The position numbers and the translations under genes were made by a program. Below are positions 36,001 through 45,870 of a stretch of DNA of 64,000 nt, piece by piece. How positions within the stretch are numbered: the first letter of the stretch is position 1; each line of letters opens with the position of its first letter. This stretch comes from Eledone cirrhosa. Taxonomy: Eukaryota. The stretch lies in the NCBI GenBank assembly GCA_964016885.1, contig OZ024741.1, forward strand, positions 340,070,001 through 340,134,000. The letters are read 5' to 3'. The notes under the pieces were generated by a model that saw nothing but the letters and a program-made list of their open reading frames with translations, was not told the DNA's origin and ran no database searches.

Positions 36001-39000
36001 AGTGGTAGTGCAGTAGTTGATGTAGTGGTTGTTGTAGTTGTAGTGGTAGTGTCAGTAGTTGATGTAGTGGTTGTTGTAGTTGTAGTGGTAGTGTCAGAAG
36101 TTGATGTAGTGGTTGTTGTAGTGGTAGTGTCAGAAGTTGATGTAGTGGTTGTTGTAGTTGTAGTGGTAGTGTCAGTAGTTGATGTAGTGGTTGTTGTAGT
36201 TGTAGTGGTAGTGTCAGTAGTTGATGTAGTGGTTGTTGTAGTTGTAGTGGTAGTGTCAGTAGTTGATGTAGTGGTTGTTGTAGTGGTAGTGTCAGATGTT
36301 GATGTAGTGGTTGTTGTAGTTGTAGTGGTAGTGTCAGTAGTTGATGTAGTGGTTGTTGTAGTTGTAGTGGTAGTGTCAGTAGTTGATGTAGTGGTTGTTG
36401 TAGTTGTAGTGGTAGTGTCAGTAGTTGATGTAGTGGTTGTTGTAGTTGTAGTGGTAGTGTCAGTAGTTGATGTAGTGGTTGTTGTAGTTGTAGTGGTAGT
36501 GTCAGTAGTTGATGTAGTGGTTGTTGTAGTTGTAGTGGTAGTGTCAGAAGTTGATGTAGTGGTTGTTGTAGTTGTAGTGGTAGTGTCAGAAGTTGATGTA
36601 GTGGTTGTTGTAGTTATAGTGGTAGTGTCAGTAGTTGATGTAGTGGTTGTTGTAGTGGTAGTGTCAGAAGTTGATGTAGTGGTTGTTGTAGTTGTAGTGG
36701 TAGTGTCAGTAGTTGATGTAGTGGTTGTTGTACTTGTAGTGGTAGTGTCAGTAGTTGATGTAGTGGTTGTTGTAGTTGTAGTGGTAGTGTCAGTAGTTGA
36801 TGTAGTGGTTGTTGTAGTTGTAGTGGTAGTGTCAGTAGTTGATGTAGTGGTTGTTGTAGTTGTAGTGGTAGTGTCAGAAGTTGATGTAGTGGTTGTTGTA
36901 GTTGTAGTGGTAGTGTCAGAAGTTGATGTAGTGGTTGTTGTAGTTGTAGTGGTAGTGTCAGTAGTTGATGTAGTGGTTGTTGTACTTGTAGTGGTAGTGT
37001 CAGTAGTTGGTGTAGTGGTTGTTGTAGTTGTAGTGGTAGTGTCAGTAGTTGATGTAGTGGTTGTTGTAGTTGTAGTGGTAGTGTGAGTAGTTGATGTAGT
37101 GGTTGTTGTAGTTGTAGTGGTAGTGTCAGTAGTTGGTGTAGTGGTTGTTGTAGTTGTAGTGGTAGTGTCAGAATTTGATGTAGTGTTTGTTGTAGTTGTA
37201 GTGGTAGTGTCAGTAGTTGATGTAGTGGTTGTTGTAGTTGTAGTGGTAGTGTCAGTAGTTGATGTAGTGGTTGTTGTAGTTGTAGTGGTAGTGTCAGTAG
37301 TTGATGTAGTGGTTGTTGTAGTTGTAGTGGTAGTGTCAGTAGTTGATGTAGTGGTTGTTGTAGTTGTAGTGGTAGTGTCAGTAGTTGATGTAGTGGTTGT
37401 TGTAGTTGTAGTGGTAGTGTCAGTAGTTGATGTAGTGGTTGTTGTAGTTGTAGTGGTAGTGTCAGTAGTTGATGTAGTGGTTGTTGTAGTTGTAGTGGTA
37501 TTGTCAGTAGTTGATGTAGTGGTTGTTGTAGTTGTAGTGGTAGTATCAGTAGTTGATGTAGTGGTTGTTGTAGTTGTAGTGGTAGTGTCAGTAGTTGGTG
37601 TAGTGGGTGTTGTAGTTGTAGTGGTAGTGTCAGTAGTTGGTGTAGTGGTTGTTGTAGTTGTAGTGGTAGTGTCAGAAGTTGATGTAGTGGTTGTGTAGTT
37701 GTAGTGGTAGTGTCAGTAGTTGATGTAGTGGTTGTTGTAGTTGTAGTGGTAGTGTCAGTAGTTGGTGTAGTGGTTGTTGTAGTTGTAGTGGTAGTGTCAG
37801 TAGTTGATGTAGTGGTTGTTGTAGTTGTAGTGGTAGTGTCAGTAGTTGATGTAGTGGTTGTTGTAGTTGTAGTGGTAGTGTCAGAAGTTGATGTAGTGGT
37901 TGTTGTAGTTGTAGTGGTAGTGTCAGAAGTTGATGTAGTGGTTGTTGTAGTTGTAGTGGTAGTGTCAGTAGTTGATGTAGTGGTTGTTGTACTTGTAGTG
38001 GTAGTGTCAGTAGTTGGTGTAGTGGTTGTTGTAGTTGTAGTGGTAGTGTCAGTAGTTGATGTAGTGGTTGTTGTAGTTGTAGTGGTAGTGTCAGTAGTTG
38101 ATGTAGTGGTTGTTGTAGTTGTAGTGGTAGTGTCAGTAGTTGATGTAGTGGTTGTTGTAGTTGTAGTGGTAGTGTCATTAGTTGGTGTAGTGGTTGTTGT
38201 AGTTGTAGTGGTAGTGTCAGTACTTGATGTAGTGGTTGTTGTAGTTGTAGTGGTAGTGTCAGTAGTTGATGTAGTGGTTGTTGTAGTTGTAGTGGTAGTG
38301 TCAGTAGTTGATGTAGTGGTTGTTGTAGTTGTAGTGGTAGTGTCAGTAGTTGGTGTAGTGGTTGTTGTAGTTGTAGTGGTAGTGTCAGAATTTGATGTAG
38401 TGGTTGTTGTAGTTGTAGTGGTAGTGTCAGTAGTTGATGTAGTGGTTGTTGTAGTGGTAGTGTCAGAAGTTGATGTAGTGGTTGTTGTAGTTGTAGTGGT
38501 AGTGTCAGTAGTTGATCTAGTGGTTGTTGTAGTTGTAGTGGTAGTGTCAGTAGTTGATGTAGTGGTTGTTGTAGTGGTAGTGTCAGAAGTTGATGTAGTG
38601 GTTGTTGTAGTTGTAGTGGTAGTGTCAGAAGTTGATGTAGTGGTTGTTGTAGTTGTAGTGGTAGTGTCAGTAGTTGATGTAGTGGTTGTTGTAGTGGTAG
38701 TGTCAGTAGTTGATGTAGTGGTTGTTGTAGTTGTAGTGGTAGTGTTAGTAGTTGATGTAGTGGTTGTTGTAGTTGTAGTGGTAGTGTCAGTAGTTGTTGT
38801 AGTGGTTGTTGTAGTTGTAGTGGTAGTGTCAGAAGTTGATGTAGTGGTTGTTGTAGTTGTAGTGGTAGTGTCAGAAGTTGATGTAGTGGTTGTTGTAGTT
38901 GTAGTGCTAGTGTCAGTAGTTGATGTAGTGGTTGTTGTAGTTGTAGTGGTAGTGTCAGTAGTTGATGTAGTGGTTGTTGTAGTGGTAGTGTCAGAAGTTG

Positions 39001-40680
39001 ATGTAGTGGTTGTTGTAGTTGTAGTGGTAGTGTCAGTAGTTGATGTAGTGGTTGTTGTACTTGTAGTGGTAGTGTCAGTAGTTGATGTAGTGGTTGTTGT
39101 AGTTGTAGTGGTAGTGTCAGTAGTTGATGTAGTGGTTGTTGTAGTTGTAGTGGTAGTGTCAGTAGTTGATGTAGTGGTTGTTGTAGTTGTAGTGGTAGTG
39201 TCAGTAGTTGATGTAGTGGTTGTTGTAGTTGTAGTGGTAGTGTCAGAAGTTGATGTAGTGGTTGTTGTAGTGGTAGTGTCAGAAGTTGATGTAGTGGTTG
39301 TTGTAGTTGTAGTGGTAGTGTCAGTAGTTGATGTAGTGGTTGTTGTAGTTGTAGTGGTAGTGTCAGTAGTTGATGTAGTGGTTGTTGTAGTTGTAGTGGT
39401 AGTGTCAGTAGTTGATGTAGTGGTTGTTGTAGTTGTAGTGGTAGTGTCAGTAGTTGATGTAGTGGTTGTTGTAGTTGTAGTGGTAGTGTCAGTAGTTGAT
39501 GTAGTGGTTGTTGTAGTTGTAGTGGTAGTGTCAGAAGTTGATGTAGTGGTTGTTGTAGTTGTAGTGGTAGTGTCAGAAGTTGATGTAGTGGTTGTTGTAG
39601 TTATAGTGGTAGTGTCAGTAGTTGATGTAGTGGTTGTTGTAGTGGTAGTGTCAGAAGTTGATGTAGTGGTTGTTGTAGTTGTAGTGGTAGTGTCAGTAGT
39701 TGATGTAGTGGTTGTTGTACTTGTAGTGGTAGTGTCAGTAGTTGATGTAGTGGTTGTTGTAGTTGTAGTGGTAGTGTCAGTAGTTGATGTAGTGGTTGTT
39801 GTAGTTGTAGTGGTAGTGTCAGTAGTTGATGTAGTGGTTGTTGTAGTTGTAGTGGTAGTGTCAGAAGTTGATGTAGTGGTTGTTGTAGTTGTAGTGGTAG
39901 TGTCAGAAGTTGATGTAGTGGTTGTTGTAGTTGTAGTGGTAGTGTCAGTAGTTGATGTAGTGGTTGTTGTACTTGTAGTGGTAGTGTCAGTAGTTGGTGT
40001 AGTGGTTGTTGTAGTTGTAGTGGTAGTGTCAGTAGTTGATGTAGTGGTTGTTGTAGTTGTAGTGGTAGTGTGAGTAGTTGATGTAGTGGTTGTTGTAGTT
40101 GTAGTGGTAGTGTCAGTAGTTGGTGTAGTGGTTGTTGTAGTTGTAGTGGTAGTGTCAGAATTTGATGTAGTGTTTGTTGTAGTTGTAGTGGTAGTGTCAG
40201 TAGTTGATGTAGTGGTTGTTGTAGTTGTAGTGGTAGTGTCAGTAGTTGATGTAGTGGTTGTTGTAGTTGTAGTGGTAGTGTCAGTAGTTGATGTAGTGGT
40301 TGTTGTAGTTGTAGTGGTAGTGTCAGTAGTTGATGTAGTGGTTGTTGTAGTTGTAGTGGTAGTGTCAGTAGTTGATGTAGTGGTTGTTGTAGTTGTAGTG
40401 GTAGTGTCAGTAGTTGATGTAGTGGTTGTTGTAGTTGTAGTGGTAGTGTCAGTAGTTGATGTAGTGGTTGTTGTAGTTGTAGTGGTATTGTCAGTAGTTG
40501 ATGTAGTGGTTGTTGTAGTTGTAGTGGTAGTATCAGTAGTTGATGTAGTGGTTGTTGTAGTTGTAGTGGTAGTGTCAGTAGTTGGTGTAGTGGGTGTTGT
40601 AGTTGTAGTGGTAGTGTCAGTAGTTGGTGTAGTGGTTGTTGTAGTTGTAGTGGTAGTGTCAGAAGTTGATGTAGTGGTTG
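1..40680 (-). pseudogene. Continuation of the Thr-repeat reading frame, interrupted by 1-bp indels and nonsense codons (decayed or mis-assembled mucin exon)
   Basis: Frameshifts at ~40,681, 37,694, 36,010, 35,723, 33,858, 29,306, 26,661, 22,681 (+1) and 5,415. In-frame TGA at 2267, 2939, 4577, 5249, 9532, 10204, 13270, 17053 and 22937. In-frame TAA at 11632, 16051, 18892, 21475, 26830 and 29475. Confidence 0.4.
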
Positions 40681-43600
40681 TGTAGTTGTAGTGGTAGTGT
40701 CAGTAGTTGATGTAGTGGTTGTTGTAGTTGTAGTGGTAGTGTCAGTAGTTGGTGTAGTGGTTGTTGTAGTTGTAGTGGTAGTGTCAGTAGTTGATGTAGT
40801 GGTTGTTGTAGTTGTAGTGGTAGTGTCAGTAGTTGATGTAGTGGTTGTTGTAGTTGTAGTGGTAGTGTCAGAAGTTGATGTAGTGGTTGTTGTAGTTGTA
40901 GTGGTAGTGTCAGAAGTTGATGTAGTGGTTGTTGTAGTTGTAGTGGTAGTGTCAGTAGTTGATGTAGTGGTTGTTGTACTTGTAGTGGTAGTGTCAGTAG
41001 TTGGTGTAGTGGTTGTTGTAGTTGTAGTGGTAGTGTCAGTAGTTGATGTAGTGGTTGTTGTAGTTGTAGTGGTAGTGTCAGTAGTTGATGTAGTGGTTGT
41101 TGTAGTTGTAGTGGTAGTGTCAGTAGTTGATGTAGTGGTTGTTGTAGTTGTAGTGGTAGTGTCATTAGTTGGTGTAGTGGTTGTTGTAGTTGTAGTGGTA
41201 GTGTCAGTACTTGATGTAGTGGTTGTTGTAGTTGTAGTGGTAGTGTCAGTAGTTGATGTAGTGGTTGTTGTAGTTGTAGTGGTAGTGTCAGTAGTTGATG
41301 TAGTGGTTGTTGTAGTTGTAGTGGTAGTGTCAGTAGTTGGTGTAGTGGTTGTTGTAGTTGTAGTGGTAGTGTCAGAATTTGATGTAGTGGTTGTTGTAGT
41401 TGTAGTGGTAGTGTCAGTAGTTGATGTAGTGGTTGTTGTAGTGGTAGTGTCAGAAGTTGATGTAGTGGTTGTTGTAGTTGTAGTGGTAGTGTCAGTAGTT
41501 GATCTAGTGGTTGTTGTAGTTGTAGTGGTAGTGTCAGTAGTTGATGTAGTGGTTGTTGTAGTGGTAGTGTCAGAAGTTGATGTAGTGGTTGTTGTAGTTG
41601 TAGTGGTAGTGTCAGAAGTTGATGTAGTGGTTGTTGTAGTTGTAGTGGTAGTGTCAGTAGTTGATGTAGTGGTTGTTGTAGTGGTAGTGTCAGTAGTTGA
41701 TGTAGTGGTTGTTGTAGTTGTAGTGGTAGTGTTAGTAGTTGATGTAGTGGTTGTTGTAGTTGTAGTGGTAGTGTCAGTAGTTGTTGTAGTGGTTGTTGTA
41801 GTTGTAGTGGTAGTGTCAGAAGTTGATGTAGTGGTTGTTGTAGTTGTAGTGGTAGTGTCAGAAGTTGATGTAGTGGTTGTTGTAGTTGTAGTGGTAGTGT
41901 CAGAAGTTGATGTAGTGGTTGTTGTAGTTGTAGTGGTAGTGTCAGTAGTTGATGTAGTGGTTGTTGTAGTGGTAGTGTCAGTAGTTGATGTAGTGGTTGT
42001 TGTAGTTGTAGTGGTAGTGTTAGTAGTTGATGTAGTGGTTGTTGTAGTTGTAGTGGTAGTGTCAGTAGTTGTTGTAGTGGTTGTTGTAGTTGTAGTGGTA
42101 GTGTCAGAAGTTGATGTAGTGGTTGTTGTAGTTGTAGTGGTAGTGTCAGAAGTTGATGTAGTGGTTGTTGTAGTTGTAGTGCTAGTGTCAGTAGTTGATG
42201 TAGTGGTTGTTGTAGTTGTAGTGGTAGTGTCAGTAGTTGATGTAGTGGTTGTTGTAGTGGTAGTGTCAGAAGTTGATGTAGTGGTTGTTGTAGTTGTAGT
42301 GGTAGTGTCAGTAGTTGATGTAGTGGTTGTTGTACTTGTAGTGGTAGTGTCAGTAGTTGATGTAGTGGTTGTTGTAGTTGTAGTGGTAGTGTCAGTAGTT
42401 GATGTAGTGGTTGTTGTAGTTGTAGTGGTAGTGTCAGTAGTTGATGTAGTGGTTGTTGTAGTTGTAGTGGTAGTGTCAGTAGTTGATGTAGTGGTTGTTG
42501 TAGTTGTAGTGGTAGTGTCAGAAGTTGATGTAGTGGTTGTTGTAGTGGTAGTGTCAGAAGTTGATGTAGTGGTTGTTGTAGTTGTAGTGGTAGTGTCAGT
42601 AGTTGATGTAGTGGTTGTTGTAGTTGTAGTGGTAGTGTCAGTAGTTGATGTAGTGGTTGTTGTAGTTGTAGTGGTAGTGTCAGTAGTTGATGTAGTGGTT
42701 GTTGTAGTGGTAGTGTCAGAAGTTGATGTAGTGGTTGTTGTAGTTGTAGTGGTAGTGTCAGTAGTTGATGTAGTGGTTGTTGTAGTTGTAGTGGTAGTGT
42801 CAGTAGTTGATGTAGTGGTTGTTGTAGTTGTAGTGGTAGTGTCAGTAGTTGATGTAGTGGTTGTTGTAGTTGTAGTGGTAGTGTCAGAAGTTGATGTAGT
42901 GGTTGTTGTAGTTGTAGTGGTAGTGTCAGTAGTTGATGTAGTGGTTGTTGTAGTGGTAGTGTCAGAAGTTGATGTAGTGGTTGTTGTAGTTGTAGTGGTA
43001 GTGTCAGTAGTTGATGTAGTGGTTGTTGTACTTGTAGTGGTAGTGTCAGTAGTTGATGTAGTGGTTGTTGTAGTTGTAGTGGTAGTGTCAGTAGTTGATG
43101 TAGTGGTTGTTGTAGTTGTAGTGGTAGTGTCAGTAGTTGATGTAGTGGTTGTTGTAGTTGTAGTGGTAGTGTCAGTAGTTGATGTAGTGGTTGTTGTAGT
43201 TGTAGTGGTAGTGTCAGAAGTTGATGTAGTGGTTGTTGTAGTTGTAGTGGTAGTGTCAGAAGTTGATGTAGTGGTTGTTGTAGTTATAGTGGTAGTGTCA
43301 GTAGTTGATGTAGTGGTTGTTGTAGTGGTAGTGTCAGAAGTTGATGTAGTGGTTGTTGTAGTTGTAGTGGTAGTGTCAGTAGTTGATGTAGTGGTTGTTG
43401 TAGTTGTAGTGGTAGTGTCAGTAGTTGATGTAGTGGTTGTTGTAGTTGTAGTGGTAGTGTCAGTAGTTGATGTAGTGGTTGTTGTAGTTGTAGTGGTAGT
43501 GTCAGAAGTTGATGTAGTGGTTGTTGTAGTTGTAGTGGTAGTGTCAGAAGTTGATGTAGTGGTTGTTGTAGTTATAGTGGTAGTGTCAGTAGTTGATGTA

Positions 43601-45790
43601 GTGGTTGTTGTAGTGGTAGTGTCAGAAGTTGATGTAGTGGTTGTTGTAGTTGTAGTGGTAGTGTCAGTAGTTGATGTAGTGGTTGTTGTAGTTGTAGTGG
43701 TAGTGTCAGTAGTTGATGTAGTGGTTGTTGTAGTTGTAGTGGTAGTGTCAGTAGTTGATGTAGTGGTTGTTGTAGTTGTAGTGGTAGTGTAAGAAGTTGA
43801 TGTAGTGTTTGTTGTAGTTGTAGTGGTAGTGTCAGTAATTGATGTAGTGGTTGTTGTAGTTGTAGTGGTAGTGTCAGTAGTTGATGTAGTGGTTGTTGTA
43901 GTTGTACTGGTAGTGTCAGTAGTTGATGTAGTGGTTGTTGTAGTTGTAGTGGTAGTGTCAGAAGTTGATGTAGTGGTTGTTGTAGTTGTAGTGGTAGTGT
44001 CAGTAGTTGATGTAGTGGTTGTTGTAGTTGTAGTGGTAGTGTCAGTAGTTGATGTAGTGGTTGTTGTAGTTGTAGTGGTAGTGTCAGTAGTTGATGTAGT
44101 GGCTGTTGTAGTTGTAGTGGTAGTGTCAGAAGTTGATGTAGTGGTTGTTGTAGTTGTAGTGGTAGTGTCAGAAGTTGATGTAGTGGTTGTTGTAGTTATA
44201 GTGGTAGTGTCAGTAGTTGATGTAGTGGTTGTTGTAGTGGTAGTGTCAGAAATTGATGTAGTGGTTGTTGTAGTTGTAGTGGTAGTGTCAGTAGTTGATG
44301 TAGTGGTTGTTGTAGTTGTAGTGGTAGTGTCAGTAGTTGATGTAGTGGTTGTTGTAGTTGTAGTGGTAGTGTCAGTAGTTGATGTAGTGGTTGTTGTAGT
44401 TGTAGTGGTAGTGTAAGAAGTTGATGTAGTGGTTGTTGTAGTTGTAGTGGTAGTGTCAGTAATTGATGTAGTGGTTGTTGTAGTTGTAGTGGTAGTGTCA
44501 GTAATTGATGTAGTGGTTGTTGTAGTTGTAGTGGTAGTGTCAGTAGTTGATGTAGTGGTTGTTGTAGTTGTAGTGGTAGTGTCAGTAGTTGATGTAGTGG
44601 TTGTTGTAGTTGTAGTGGTAGTGTCAGTAGTTGATGTAGTGGTTGTTGTAGTTGTACTGGTAGTGTCAGTAGTTGATGTAGTGGTTGTTGTAGTTGTAGT
44701 GGTAGTGTCAGAAGTTGATGTAGTGGTTGTTGTAGTTGTAGTGGTAGTGTCAGTAGTTGATGTAGTGGTTGTTGTAGTTGTAGTGGTAGTGTCAGTAGTT
44801 GATGTAGTGGTTGTTGTAGTTGTAGTGGTAGTGTCAGAAGTTGATGTAGTGGTTGTTGTAGTTGTAGTGCTAGTGTCAGTAGTTAATGTAGTGGTTGTTG
44901 TAGTTGTAGTGGTAGTGTCAGTAGTTGATGTAGTGGTTGTTGTAGTTGTAGTGGTAGTGTCAGTAGTTGATGTAGTGGTTGTTGTAGTTGTAGTGGTAGT
45001 GTCAGTAGTTGATGTAGTGGTTGTTGTAGTTGTAGTGGTCGTGTCAGTAGTTGATGTAGTGGTTGTTGTAGTTGTAGTGGTAGTGTCAGTAGTTGATGTA
45101 GTGGTTGTTGTAGTTGTAGTGGTAGTGTCAGAAGTTGATGTAGTGGTTCTTGTAGTTGTAGTGGTAGTGTCAGTAGTTGATGTAGTGGTTGTTGTAGTTG
45201 TAGTGGTAGTGTCAGAAGTTGATGTAGTGGTTGTTGTAGTTGTAGTGGTAGTGTCAGTAGTTGATGTAGTGGTTGTTGTAGTTGTAGTGGTAGTGTCAGT
45301 AGTTGATGTAGTGGTTGTTGTAGTTGTAGTGGTAGTGTCAGAAGTTGATGTAGTGGTTGTTGTAGTTGTAGTGATAGTGTCAGTAGTTGATGTAGTGGTT
45401 GTTGTAGTTGTAGTGGTAGTGTCAGTAGTTGATGTAGTGGTTGTTGTTGTTGTAGTGGTAGTGTCAGTAATTGATGTAGTGGTTGTTGTAGTTGTAGTGG
45501 TAGTGTCAGAAGTTGATGTAGTGGTTGTTGTAGTTGTAGTGGTAGTGTCAGTAGTTGATGTATTGGTTGTTCTAGTTGTAGTGGTAGTGTCAGTAGTTGA
45601 TGTAGTGGTTGTTGTAGTTGTAGTGGTAGTGTCAGTAGTTGATGTAGTGGTTGTTGTACTTGTAGTGGTAGTGTCAGTAGTTGATGTAGTGGTTGTTGTA
45701 GTTGTAGTGGTAGTGTCAGAAGTTGGTGTAGTGGTTGTTGTAGTTGTAGTGGTAGTGTCTGAAGTTGTATCGGTTGTTGTTGTGGTTATT
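1..45790. repeat. 42-bp tandem array, about 1,090 units, continuing beyond the window start. Plus-strand consensus GATGTAGTGGTTGTTGTAGTTGTAGTGGTAGTGTCAGTAGTT, with common variant ...TCAGAAGTT.
   Basis: Periodicity is directly visible throughout. The unit has 16 G, 18 T, 7 A and 1 C. The array degrades into unique sequence at ~45,760-45,800. Confidence 0.99.
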
Positions 45791-45800
45791 GATATATTAA
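40681..45800 (-). CDS. Putative exon of a Thr-rich mucin-like (PTS) glycoprotein, uninterrupted 5' portion, ~1,700 codons of (TTDTTTTTTTTTTS / TSDTTTTTTTTTTS)n
   Basis: The reverse complement reads ACT ACT GAC ACT ACC ACT ACA ACT ACA ACA ACC ACT ACA TCA. The frame opens right after a TGA at 45,804-45,802 with (V)NISITTTTTDTTSD, where NIS is an N-glycosylation sequon. Candidate phase-1 acceptors are tttgAG| (AG at 45,802-45,801) and cttcAG| (AG at 45,760-45,759). I saw no stops or frameshifts until ~40,681. There is no ATG, so an upstream exon is required, and none was identified. Confidence 0.5.
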
Positions 45801-45870
45801 CTCAAATATAATATCAGGTCACAGATTGTTTTAACCAATACTAAATCCTCTCATGGCTATCCCAACATTT

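Noticed and set aside
11820-41165. Minus-strand (LLTLPLQLQQPLHQ)n ORFs as independent genes
   Set aside because: They are an alternative frame of the same repeat, started by sporadic TTG/ATG variants. They matter only as a possible frameshift tail.
6-45811. Giant poly-Val ORFs on the plus strand (up to 5,757 aa)
   Set aside because: They are the antisense shadow of ACN Thr codons. A protein of ~85% Val is implausible, the starts are arbitrary GTG codons, and there is no unique domain.
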